NCBI RefSeq assembly: GCF_009914755.1
Contig: NC_060944.1
Strand: one strand, 5' to 3'
Source: the human T2T-CHM13v2.0 reference genome, Homo sapiens
Length of the DNA stretch: 64,000 nt
This document shows, piece by piece, positions 45,001-58,319 of the stretch. The number at the start of each line of letters is the position of its first letter. Within the stretch, counting starts at the first letter, position 1. Below the pieces are notes generated by a model. That model was not told where the DNA came from and made no database searches. It worked only from the letters and a program-made list of their open reading frames with translations. The position numbers and the translations under genes were made by a program.

Positions 45001-47608
45001 TTGCAACGGACTCGATTGGAATGGAATCGAATGCAATGGAATTGAATAAAATGGGATCGAATGGAATGGGATCGAATGGAAAGAAATCAAATGGAATGGA
45101 ATCGAATGGAATGGAACGGAACATAATGAAATCAAATGGCATCGAATGGAATCGAGTGGATTGTGGTGAATGGAGTGCAGTAGAGTGGAATGGAATGTGT
45201 TGGAATGGAATTGAATGTAGTGGAGTGGAGTGGAGAGGAATGGAATGGAATGGAAAGGAATGGAATCGAATGGAATTGAATCGAATGGAATGGAATCAAA
45301 TCATACTGAATGGAATTGAATGGAATGGAATCGATTCGATTGGAATGTAATAGAATGGAATCGAATGGAATGGACTCGAATTGAATGGATTGGAATGGAA
45401 TGGTATCGAATGGAATGGAATGGAATGGAATCGAATGGAATGGAATTGAATGGAATGGAATCAAATGGAATTGAATGGAATGCAATGGAATAGAATGGAA
45501 TGGAATGGACTCGAATGCAATGGAGCGGAATTGTATTGACTCGAATGTAATGGAATCAAATGGAATCGACTCGAACGGAATGCAATCGAATGGAATGGAA
45601 TCGAATGGAAAGGAATCGATTGGAATGGACTAGAATGGAATGGACTCGAATGAAACGGACTCCAATTGAATGGACTCGAATGGAAAGCAATCGAATGGAA
45701 TGGAATTGAATGGAATGGAATGGAGTCGAACTTAATGGAATCAAATTGAATGGACTCGAATGTAATGGACTGGAATGGAACCGTACGTATGTAATGGAAA
45801 GGAATGGAATCGATTGGAATGGACTAGAATGGAATGGACTCGAATGAAATGTACTCCAATGGAATAGACTCGAATGGAAGGCAATCGAATGGAATGTATT
45901 GGATTCGAATGGCATGTAATCAAAAGGAATGGAATGGAATGGAATCGAATGAAATGCAATGGAATAGAATGGTATGGAATTGAATAGAATGGAATGGAAT
46001 AGGAATGGACTCGAATTTAAAGGAATGGAATGGTAAGGACTCAAATTGAAAAGACTCGAATGGAATGGAATCGAATAGAATTGAATCGAATGGAATTGAA
46101 CCTTGTGGAATGGAATTGAAACGAATGGAATGGAATTCAATTAAATGGAATGGAATGGAATGGACTCGAATGGAATGGAATTGAATGCTATACACTGGAA
46201 TGAAATGGACTCGAGTAGAATGGCCTGAAATGGAATGTATTCGAGTGGAATGGACTCGAACAGAATAGATTCGAATGGAATGGACTTGAAAGGAATACAA
46301 CCGAGGGGTATGGATTCAAATGGGATGGAATCGAATGGAATGGACTGTAGTGGAATGGACTTGAAAGGAACAAACTCGAAGGGAATGGACTCGAATGGAA
46401 TGGAATGGAATGGAATGGAAAGGATTCGAATGGAATGGAATGGAATGGAATGGAATGGAATGGAATTAACTTGAATGGAATGCAATCCAATGGAATGCAA
46501 TGGAATGGAACAGAATGCAATGGAATGTAATGGAATGGACTTGAATGGAATGGATTTGAATGGAATGGAATCGGATGTAATGGAAACAAAAGAAAGGAAT
46601 TTGAAACTAATATAATGGAATCGAATAGAATGGGTTCGAATAAAACGCAATCGAATGGAATGGAAAGGATTGCAATGGAATGGAATCTAATGGAATGGAA
46701 TCGAATAGAATGGAATTGAATGAAATGAAATCGAATGGAATTGAATGGAATGGACTGCAATGCAATTGAATCGAATGGAATGGACTGGAATGGAATGGTC
46801 TCTTGGAATGGAATAAAATGGAATGGATTTGAATGGAATTGAATGGAATGCAATGAAATGAAATCGAATGTAATGGAATCGAATGTAATGGAATTGAACG
46901 AAATGGAATCGAATTGAATGGACTGGAATGGAATGGACTCGAAGGTAATGGACTGGAATGGAACGGTCTCGATTGGAATGGAATCGAATGGAATGGATTC
47001 GAATGGAAAAGAATCGAATGGAATGGAATCCAATGGAATGGTCTCGCATGGAAAGGAATGGAATCGAATCAAATCGAATAGAATGGGTTTGAATGGAATG
47101 TAATCAAATGGAATAAGATAGAATGTAATGAAATCAAATGGAACAAATTCGAATGGAATGGAATTGAATGGAATGGACTGGAATACAATGGACTCGAATG
47201 GAATGGACTGGAATGGAATGGTCTCGAATGGAATGGAATCGAATGACATGGAATCGAATGGCATGGAATTGAATGCAGTGTAATGGAATCGAAGGGAATG
47301 GAATTGAAGAGAATGGAATAGAATGGAATGGAATCGAATGCAATGGAATCAAATGGAATGGATTGGAGAGGAATGGACTAGAATGGAATGGACTGGAGTT
47401 GAACGGTCTCGAATGGAATGGAATGCAATAAAATGGAATCAAATGGAATGGCATGGTATGCAATGGAACGGAATGAAATAAAATGGAATAGAATGGAATT
47501 TAATGGAATGGAGTGGAAAGGAATCGAATTGATTGGACAGGAAAGGAATGGAGTGGAGTGGAATGGAGTGGAGTGGAAAGGAATGGAGTGTAGTGGAATA
47601 CAATGTAA
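1..47608 (+). repeat. Human Satellite 3 (HSat3 / Sat III) array, diverged (GGAAT)n
   Basis: Continuous GGAAT pentamers with recurrent GGACTCGAAT, GGATT, GCAAT, GTAAT and GGAATCGAAT variants. The G-rich strand is on + throughout. No inversion or TE insertion seen by eye. Ends abruptly at ...gtagtggaatacaatgtaat|aagaagc. Confidence 0.97.
43675..44108 (+). repeat. Near-pure (GGAAT/GCAAT)n block inside HSat3
   Basis: About 430 bp made almost only of GGAAT and GCAAT pentamers, without GACTC/ATCGA variants. Confidence 0.9.
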
Positions 47609-48189
47609 TAAGAAGCAAATAAATGGAGCTGCCAAGAGCCCATTCATGGCTCAGTAAATCTCAAATTGTACACTGAGTTGTCCAAGAAACGTGGCACACC
47701 CTGCAGGGCCAAATTAATTATCCCTTTCTCGGAACATCATGCTCTGATTATGTTAATACCTGCAGGTAGATCCCAAGCTTTGTGTGGCATCGCCCTGGGG
47801 GTCAAGAGAGAAACTGCATGTTCTTACCACATCCTAAACTGAAAAGAACAGTTTAGAAATGTGGCAAATAGAAGAGCTTGTTATCAGGTGATCAATGACA
47901 TTAGGTCTGACTTCAGTCAGCTGCAGAATTTTGGCAGGTGATATCAATCTGAAGCCTCTGAAATACACAGGAACTTCTCAAAAAATCTGCCATACTAAGA
48001 CAATATATGGCTGTTAGTGTTGGTGAGAAGGTTTTCAGAGTTAAAATATTTCCGTGCAAGCTGCCTCATGCCCCAAACACTGCTTTTGCCCCAGTTACCT
48101 ACCCAACAAATTTTATTTTTGATTTAGAAAATAATTAAAATAGATAGGTGAACTCCAAAATTTAACAATCAGAAAGTGACTTATTTGAT

Positions 48190-49256
48190 ATAGTGATATC
48201 AGCAAGATGGTGGAATAGGGAGTCTCAGCTCTCATTCTCTCACACAAACAGAGATCTGACAATGATATAGGTAACAAAATATCTTTATGAGAAGTCCAGA
48301 ATCTCATTGAGGATTTTCAGAACATCAGCAAGATGGCCGACCAGGAGCTGCTAGCTAAAGCAGAGCACAGGAGAACAGCAAAGAAGCAGCAGAAATCCCA
48401 TAGACCACAGCAACCCAGGATGACCACAAACAAAAGGTAAGGAAACACCTTGCCTCCACCACACCCTTCCCCAAGTTGAGACCCAGCTCTGAGCTGTGAT
48501 GGAAAAGTTAAGCAAGGGGACCCCAGCAACACTCATCACTATTACAAACACTTCTGCAGTCCTCAAAGGCTCTGAGTCCCGTTGAGGGAAGTCCCTAGAC
48601 TCCATATGCTGAGCTACCCCCAGAGAAGGAGCCCACACTGTGCTCCACCGAACTCACTCCTGGTTTGTGCTGCTACCTCCTTGTGCCATCTTGAAGCTAG
48701 AACCACTGCTAGAGTGCTTCCTACTCTGGGAGTGAGTAGCATTTGCATCCCTCCATCCCTGAGGTTCAGCCGCCACTGCACCATGCCCACCTGGTAGTGT
48801 GCCATCCTCGAGCAGAGCTGCTGCTATGACCTTCTCCCTAGGGCCAAGCTATCAGTTAGCCACTTATCCTCCACATCCAAGTCGCTGGTGCACCCTCACC
48901 TTAGGGCCAGCTCCTTGAGCTCTGGGTCCCTGGGGGTAAGGCACCACTTCACTCCAAGAATACTACCCAGCAAAGCTGCCTTCAGAAATGAAAGAGAAAT
49001 AAAGTCTTTCATTAGACAAGAAAAAGCTGAAGGAATCAATTACCACTAGATCTGTCTTACAAGAAGTGCTTAAGAGAGTTCTTTAACTGGAAACAAAAGG
49101 ACAATAATGACTATCATAAATACATGTGAAAGTATAAAACTCATTGGTAGAGGTAAATACATAGTCAAATTCAGAATACTCCAATAATGCAATAGTGGTA
49201 GGTAAATCATACATAACACTAGTATGAAGATTAAAAGTCAAAATGGTCAAAAATAA
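48190..49256 (+). mobile_element. Old L1 (L1M/L1MA-type) fragment: 5' region, ORF1 C-terminus remnant and inter-ORF
   Basis: 5'-end-like motif atcagcaagatgg at ~48197 and ~48323. From ~48955 the sequence matches decayed ORF1 C-terminus (ccagcaaagctg...agaaatgaaagagaaataaagtctttc...gacaagaaaaagctgaaggaa...cttacaagaagtgcttaag), followed by an L1MA-type inter-ORF. Confidence 0.75.
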
Positions 49257-50130
<874 letters not shown>

Positions 50131-50264
50131 ATTGCCCCCTTTTGGTCATGCTCACCTAAGTGAGAGTGTGACCAAAATCTAGGGCATCCACATTACTGTT
50201 ACCATGATTTTGGGTTTCCAGCCTCAGCATGCCATTTGTAGATTATAGTGTCCATAGTTTACGG

Positions 50265-50584
50265 TGTTCTAGGAAAAACCAGGTTTTTGTTACATAACCA
50301 GGAAAGATTATGCTCCCAGACACTTTGAAGGGTGACAGGGAACAGAATTTATTGGGTGAAAAGGAAAAAGAAAAAACATCTCAGCAAAGTGGGATGGAAT
50401 CCTGTTAACAGGGTCTCCACCTCACCTATTGAATCCCAGGTTACCACACACGAACAGGAGAGGCCAGGCTCCTCCCCTCTTCAAATGGCGTGAACTTCCG
50501 AGGCTCCACCCCACCCTCCCAGTGCACCGGCCTGTTGGAGATTCTCTGGGGACCTTCTCCCTTATCTGTCGCCTGCATCCATTA
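50265..50584 (-). mobile_element. MER61-like solo LTR (ERV1)
   Basis: Minus strand reads ...GGGGTGGAGCCTCGGAAGTTCACGCC...GGAGGAGCCTGGCCTCTCCTGTTC...GGTAACCTGGGATTCAAT...CCCAATAAATTC...CACCCTTCAAAGTGTCTG...CCTAGAACA, matching my recollection of the MER61 consensus. Confidence 0.75.
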
Positions 50585-50727
50585 GTGTCTTCCTTATTAT
50601 GCATTTCTTTGAGATTTGGTTGTTCCAGCTAGAGAGAGATCATTTGAGATTTGACAGATGGCTGTATCGAAAATTTAAAACTTTAAGAGGATAAAACGCA
50701 CCACGGGACTAATATTATGACTATTAA

Positions 50728-51217
<490 letters not shown>

Positions 51218-52972
51218 TCATCAACTGCAGATTCCTCCCTATTGAGTTAGTAAGTAATCTAACATCTCATGATTGGATTAAATGAAATCAGGGAGTGCAG
51301 GTTACCCACAGAAGCTACTGATTGTAAAATTTTAACTACACCATTATCCTGCCAAGTGAAAGAGCTAGGCATAAGTAAGAAAAAATGAAGATAGGTAAGA
51401 ACTTTATTATGGTAGACAGCTTTGTTCCAATGGTCTTGGGAAAAGCTGTCCACAGCATGAAGTTGGCAACTTCAAATCATGGTTTGCAGTTTGAATGTCT
51501 CTGGTTGTAGCATCAGCATTCTCGTGAATTATCTGTGACCCATGCATCAGGCATGAGAGGTGTTACTTGAAATTTATATCGAATTGTCCAGCTTTAGCCT
51601 ATAAGGTTTCAGGTACTGAGCAGTTCTCATTCTTTGTTGCAGAATTCTGGCCAAGTATTATAGAAAACTGGAAGAAATCAGAATCCAGTCCAGTCTACAG
51701 GTAAATAATCACAACTCAAAATAATGAACAGGGCTACAATCTAATAATAGGTGTAATACAGTTTTCTTTTGAAATGTAATTTTTCTTTCTACAGTTTTCT
51801 CCATTTCTACCAAAAATAACCACCATGGTAAGACCAATTTGTTTGCAAAAAAAAAAAAAAGTTTTTTCTTTTAAGCTCTTTATAGTTTATAGCAATTTGG
51901 TGAAATATACTTTTGTAAACAAAAATTGAGACTTTTGATTTTCCTCCATGTGTAATCCCTCCAGAATTTGGAAACTATTTGTGAGTATTCTTATTCTTAT
52001 GGCCTTATGGCTATTTGCATAAGTTCAATAAGACTTAGTTCTCTTTATAACAGGATACAACTGAAAACACAAATTGTATTTCCAAGGCTTTGACTGGAAT
52101 GTCATATTTACAAATGTGCATAGACTTCTTGGCTTCAAGGTTTCCCAACCTTATAATGAATGAGTAAAAGTTTTCACTTCTGGGTAGACCCAGGAACCTC
52201 AAGATATTAGATACAGCAGGTAAAATTCAATGACTGCCTTGGTTTGGCTTCCTAGCATTGAGAGGTTTTTAAAAATCTAATCTGAGATTCCTTGTAAAAA
52301 TTTCCAGCAAAACAACTTTAAAAGAAGCCTATGTAGTTATTCTTGCTTCATTATGTTAATAATCAGGCCAAGTTTGAGAATAAACTTACTTTGCAAACAA
52401 ATTTTTGTGAATAACTAGGAAGTAAGTTATTTGAGCTATTTGTAATATACCAACATTTTATGACTATATATTTCACAATTTTTAGACATTGTGAAAAAAA
52501 TTGTTCTTGAAAAAACAAGTTTTTTGTTCCTCAAAGAAGTTTTTTTAATTTACTAACAGAGATTCAAATATATTTAGTTTGTCTACATCATATAGAAACA
52601 AAATGCCAAAGTATACAAACTTAAAGCTTATACTTAATAATTAATGTTTTAGTATTTTAACTTATTTAGCAATTACCAAGACATTTAACTGGTATATATT
52701 ATGTAATTCTGCTTTAAGATTTCAAATTACCAAAAACATTTTTTGAAACTATGAGGAGTTTATTTGTGAACACTTATGCCTAATTTACTTGTTTTTGACA
52801 ATCATGTTTGAACTGTTTATAAAACTTCTGTAAGGCATTGAACAAAACTCTCCATCATCTCAAGTTATTTCTCTGCTAACAATTTCTACAGCATGCAAAT
52901 GATAGGCAAGAACTCTAGAGTTAAATACATGAGTATTTTTGCTGATCAGAAGACATGGCTGCTTTTCAAATA

Positions 52973-53783
52973 CGTTGACTCTTGAACGGCATGGGTTTGA
53001 ACTGCACAGTTCCACTTATATGTGGATTTTTTTTTTTGCCTCTGCCACCCTGCCACAGGAAGACTAACACCTCCTTTTTCTCCTCCTCAGCCTAGTCAAT
53101 GTGAAGACAATGAGGATGAAGACCTTTATGATGATCCATTTCCATTTAATGAATGGTAAATATATATTTTCTCTTCCTTATAATTTTCTTAATAACATTT
53201 TATTTTGTCTAGCTTACTTCATTGTAAGAATACTGTATATAATACATTTAAGATACAAAATATATGTTAATTGACTGTTTATGTTATTTACAAGGCTTCC
53301 AGTCAATAGTAGGCTGTCAATTTAAATAACAGAGAGTGGCTCTCTAAAAATACATATATATATTTATTTGGGAATAAAACATTACAGTGGAAATACACAT
53401 GCCGCAGTAAACTATGTGCATATTCAGGGAAGTCAAGGATGACAAAGGCTTTTAAAGGAAAAAATGAGGAGGATGACATAATTATTTTGAAATAATTATC
53501 CTTGATTACAAAGATCAATAATAAGGGTGATGCCAGTCTGAAGTCCGACAGGTAGTTGCTAGGCAGATGTCCTTTTAGAAGTATTTTTTTGCATAAGGTT
53601 GCAGTGGCCTTTGTTTAAGGTTGTGGCTTTTGCAGTCTTTTGTGATGATTTTTGTTATCAGGCACACAAATATGAGAACCCTCTCTTCATGACCTTCCCT
53701 GGCTCTATTTGTCCGGATTTTCTTAACCCATTTTGATTTTGACAACTTTCACAAGGCTATTAGTAGTTAAGTTTTTGGGAAAC
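52973..53783 (+). mobile_element. Tigger2a (MER28)-like DNA transposon, split by an LTR and 3'-truncated
   Basis: TA followed by cgttgactcttgaac...gggtttgaactgcac...gaggatgaagacctttatgatgatcc...aggcttccagtcaatagtaggc, then resumes after the insertion as tattagtagttaagtttttggg. Confidence 0.8.
53315..53753 (-). mobile_element. MER65-like solo LTR (ERV1) with perfect 4-bp TSD
   Basis: Minus strand starts TGTGAAAGTTGTCAAAATCAAAATGG and ends ...TTGACA. Flanked by AGGC at 53311-53314 and 53754-53757. Confidence 0.8.
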
Positions 53784-54118
53784 TGTCGCAGATGAGTGAC
53801 AACTATCTGGGCCAGTGGCACAGGGGTAAAATAATTTACTATGACAGATGTAGGTAAAGAAAGGCAGATTTATTAGAGAAAGTATGAAAATATGTTGCAA
53901 AGAAGCAATGAACAGAATCAGCACGAGAGGAGCTGACTGAAAGGAAACAAAAGCTTGCTGGAGATTTTAAAGAATGGTTCTTGGGCTGCAGAGTGCTGCG
54001 AGCAGTACTCATAACCCCAAAGTTGCAGTGAGCTAACTTGCAAGTGTCTGGTGATAGCTGGGCTCAGGAAGATTATGAGTTATTTGCACAGGAGGGCTAT
54101 GTGTCCTGGACCATGAAT
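53784..54118 (-). mobile_element. Truncated LTR fragment (probably ERV1, family unassigned)
   Basis: Starts with TG on + (CA terminus on minus), contains tttatt (AATAAA on minus) ~85 bp in, and ends abruptly where L1 ORF2 resumes. Confidence 0.55.
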
Positions 54119-55568
54119 GTCATCAACATATTAATGACATTCTTTACAGAAATAGAAAAAACAATCCTTGTTTCTATTGAACTGCAAAAGACTTTTAATA
54201 ACCAAAGCAATCTAGAGCAAAAACAGCAAATCTAAAGGTATCACACTACCTTGCTTTAAAATATACTATAAAGATCTAGTGACCAAAATAGGTTGATATT
54301 GGCATAAAATCAGACACATAGACCAATGGAACAGAATAGAAAGACCAGAAACAAATCTGCACATCTATAGCCAACTGATTTTAAAAAAAATTTCCAAGGA
54401 CACACATTGGGAATAGGACAGTCTCTTCGATAAATGGTACTAGGGAACTGGATAGCCACATGAACAAAAATGAAACTAGATCCTTATCTTTCACCATATT
54501 CAAAAATCAACTAAAAATGATTGAAAGACTTGAATGTAAGACTTGAAACTAAGGAATTAGTAGGAGAAAACATTGGAGAAATACTTCATGACATTAGACT
54601 GAGGCAAAGATTTTTTGTTACTTTTTTTATTTTTCAAAAGTACTATTTTCACAAGAGGATGGGTGTCAAGGAAAGATTTTTTGGCTATGACTCTACAAGC
54701 ATAGGCAACAAAAGCAAAAATAGACAAATGGGATTAAATCAAACTAAAAACTCTACAGCAAAGGAAACATTCAGAGTGAACAGACAGCTACAGAATGGGA
54801 GAAATATTTGCAAACTATATATATGACAAGTGGTTAATATCCAGAATATATAAGAAACTGAAACAACTCAAGAGAAAAAATAAAAAGACCACCAAATAAC
54901 CTGATTTAAAAATTGGCAAATGATCTGAAGAGACACTCCTCAAAATAAGACAAATAGCCAAAAGTTATATGAAGAAATGCTCAACAGCACTAATAATCAG
55001 GGAAAAGCAAGTCAAAACCAAAATGAGATATTTCCTTATTCCAGTTAGAATGGCTACTGTCAAAGAGACAAAAGATTAAAATGCTGGCAAGAATGTGGAG
55101 AAAAAAGAACATTTACTCATTGTTGATGGAGATTTAAATTAGTACAGCCATTATGGAAAATAGTATGGAGGTTTCTCAAAAAATTAAAAATAAAACTACC
55201 ATATTACTCAGCAACCCTATTACTGGGTATATATCCAAAGGAAAGGAAATCAGTATGTCAAGGAGATGTTGGCACTCCTAGGTTTATTGCAGCAGTATTC
55301 TCAGTAGCCAAGATATAGAATCAACCAAAGTGCCCATCAACAGATGACTGAATAGAGAAAATTTAGTATATATACATAACGAAACACTATTCAGCCATAA
55401 AAATGAATGAAATCCCATCATTTGTGGCAACATGGGTGAACTTGGAGGACATTATGTTAAGTGAAATAAGCCAGACCCTAAAGACAAATACCATATGATC
55501 TCATTCATATGAGGTAGCTAAAAAGTTGATCTCTTAGAAGTAGAAAATAGAATAGTGGTTACCAGATA
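54119..55568 (+). mobile_element. L1MA-type ORF2 3' part and 3' UTR (decayed)
   Basis: Translates MTFFTEIEKTIL... and KDLNVRLET...GENIGEILHDI (L1 ORF2 C-terminal region) with stops and frameshifts. Followed by an L1MA-like 3' end (ggaggacattatgttaagtgaaataagccag). Confidence 0.9.
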
Positions 55569-55569
55569 T

Positions 55570-56455
55570 TCATCCAGAAAAATGAAAACTTACATTCACA
55601 GAAAAAAACTATGCATAAATATTCATATCAGCTTTATTTATAATAATGTAAAACTGGAAATAATCAAAATATTCTACAATAGGTTAACAGTTAAATAAAC
55701 TGTGGTACATCCACACCATGAAACACTACTCAGGAATGAAATGAACAAACTATTGGTAGATACAACCCCAAAAGGCTATATACTGTATAATTCCATTTAT
55801 ATAACCTTCTTAAAATGACAAAACTAGGCCAGGCATGGTGGCTCATGCCTGTAACCCCAGCACTTTGGGAGGCCAAAGCGGGCAGATCATCTGAGGTCAG
55901 GAGTTTGAGACCTGCCTGGGCAACATCGTGAAACCCCATCTCTACTAAAAATATAAAAATTAGTCGGGCATGGTGGCACACACTTGTAATCCCAGCTACT
56001 TGGGAGGCTGAGGCAGGAGAATCACTTGAACCCGGGAGATGGAGGTTGGAGTCAGCTGAGATCGCACTCCAGCCTCGGTGACAGAGTGTGACTCTATCTC
56101 AAAAAAAAAAAAAAGATAAGAGTATAGAGATGGAGAACAAATTAGTAGTTTACAGAGTTTAGGGATGGAGGGTGCAGGGGGTTGAGTGTGTCTATAAGGG
56201 AGTAGTAGCACAAGGGAGATCTTTGCAGTGACTGAAGAGTTTTGCATATTGATTGCTAATCTACACCTGTGATCAAATGACATAGAACTATACAAAAACA
56301 TTGTGCCAATGTCAGTTTACTGGTTTTGATATTGTACTATAGTTATGCAAAATGTAACATTTAGGGGAAACTGAGTAAAAGGCACACAGGATTTCTTTAC
56401 TATCTCTGCAATTTCCTGTTAATTTATATTTCAAAATAAAAAGTTAATAAATAAT
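55570..56455 (+). mobile_element. Older L1 (L1MC/L1MD-like) 3' end, interrupted by an Alu
   Basis: gaaaaatgaaaacttacattcac...ataaactgtggtacatccacaccatg...aattccatttatataac...tagagatggagaacaaattagt...ttcaaaataaaaagtt. Confidence 0.75.
55827..56115 (+). mobile_element. AluS (Sx/Sz-like) with a short right-arm deletion
   Basis: Two-arm Alu with poly-A. gagatcgcactccagc lacks the usual gccact segment. Confidence 0.95.
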
Positions 56456-56504
56456 CAAAGAAAGACAAAGTCAGAGGCTTATGTGTTTGGTGAGACAGTG
56501 TTCC

Positions 56505-56638
56505 CTGATGCAAGGAGCAATGGATTTGGAGTCAGATGAACCAAGACCCAGTTTCTGCTCCCCATGCCTTACCAGCTGTGTGCCCTTAAGAAAGTCAGTT
56601 AACCTTTTTGAGCTTCAGTTTTCTATTTCATAGAATGG
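56505..56638 (+). mobile_element. MIR fragment
   Basis: tttggagtcaga...cttaccagctgtgtg...agttaacctttttgagcttcagttttc core motifs. Confidence 0.7.
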
Positions 56639-56659
56639 TCCTTATCGATTTTCTAGCTA

Positions 56660-57262
<603 letters not shown>

Positions 57263-57379
57263 GTTTAGCCCAAATACTTTACTTTTTAGATAGAGAACAT
57301 GATGTCTCATAGACAGAAATAAACTTTCAGATTTGAAAGATCACTTAAAATATAAACTACAATTTCTCATCACATTTTA

Positions 57380-58232
57380 AATAAATTCCAAAGTCCTTAA
57401 CGAGGGCCTATTGGATCTGATAGGATGTAGCTGTGCCTGCCTCTATGATTTCCGTTTCTTCTATCTGTTCTCTTGCTCCCACTACTCCAACCACACTTGA
57501 CCTCTTGCTCTTCCCAGCATACCAAACACTTTTTTGCCTCAGGGGCTTTGCTCTTGCTGTTCTCTCTGCCTGGAAGATTCTAGATATCTATGTGGTTCAA
57601 TTCCTAGTACATTCAGGTTCTGCCCTATGCCACTTCCTCAATGAGTCCTTACTTGACCCTCCTGCTCAAAATAGCCACACACACATATATCATGTTATTC
57701 TCTATTCCCCTTACTGTGCACTCAATCCTGTGTGCCTAACACACACACACACTCACACTCACACATACACATGTATATTATTCTGTTCCCCTTACTCTGC
57801 ACTCAAACCTGTGTGTCACACACACACTCACACATACACGTATATCATATTATTCTCTATTCCCCTTATACTGCACTCAATCCTAGTGCCTTACACACAC
57901 ACACCCACACATACACGTATATCATATTATTCTCTATTCCCCTTATACTGCACTCAATCCTATGTGCCTTACACACACACACACACCCACAGATGTATAT
58001 CAATATTCTCTATTCCTCTTACTCTACACTCAATCCTGTGTGCCTTTCACACGCACACCCACACACACATATTATCATACACACACACACAAGTATATTA
58101 TTCTCTATTCTCCTTTCCCTATTTTTCTTTATAGCACTTATCACCAACTGACACTATATGTTGTCCCTCTCCCTAATTAGAATGGCCGGACTTTGCTTTC
58201 TTCTCTTAAGCTCAGTGCCTAGAATTGTGCCA
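57380..58232 (+). mobile_element. L2 3' fragment containing a minisatellite
   Basis: ccaaagtccttaac...gcctcaggggctttgctcttgctgttctctctgcctggaa...atttttctttatagcacttatcac...cagtgcctagaa are L2a-like motifs. Confidence 0.7.
57676..58120 (+). repeat. Minisatellite, ~72-95 bp unit, ~5.5 copies, each with a (CA)n tract
   Basis: Anchor ttattct(c)tattcc(c)ctta recurs at ~57695, 57778, 57850, 57926, 58003 and 58098. The first five copies are followed by cactcaa. Confidence 0.92.
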
Positions 58233-58319
58233 GTGCACAGACCCACATGCAGCCAATTCAGCCATCCTCCCTGCAGAATCTGAGGGGAGTGGTCATGTCG
58301 TCTCAGTTTGCAGCTTTAA

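Noticed and set aside
1-47608. CRISPR-like or other prokaryotic repeat-spacer system
   Set aside because: There is no constant repeat with unique spacers and no cas genes. Alus, L1 and a spliced defensin show that this is primate DNA.
1-47608. HSat2 or telomeric repeat
   Set aside because: It lacks the HSat2 CATTCGATTC/ATCATC pattern as the dominant unit and has no TTAGGG tract.
1-47657. Hundreds of ORFs, up to 681 aa (MEWNG / HSIPF repeats)
   Set aside because: They are direct translations of (GGAAT)n/(ATTCC)n, which has no stop codons in any frame. There is no domain, splice or promoter evidence.
47760-47838. Possible minus-strand exon next to the junction (acceptor TTCTTTTCAG, donors GTAAGA / CAG|GTATT)
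   Set aside because: There is no convincing open frame or six-cysteine motif, and such splice-like words arise by chance.
48783-48800. CTCF-like word (tgcccacctggtag) as a boundary element
   Set aside because: Poor match to the consensus, so it cannot be supported without a PWM scan or ChIP data.
54038-54826. L1 ORF2-like ORFs as a functional protein
   Set aside because: Short fragments with stops and frameshifts in an old truncated L1.
57433-58180. 233-aa His/Thr-rich ORF
   Set aside because: It is a translation of the L2 relic and the CA-rich minisatellite.
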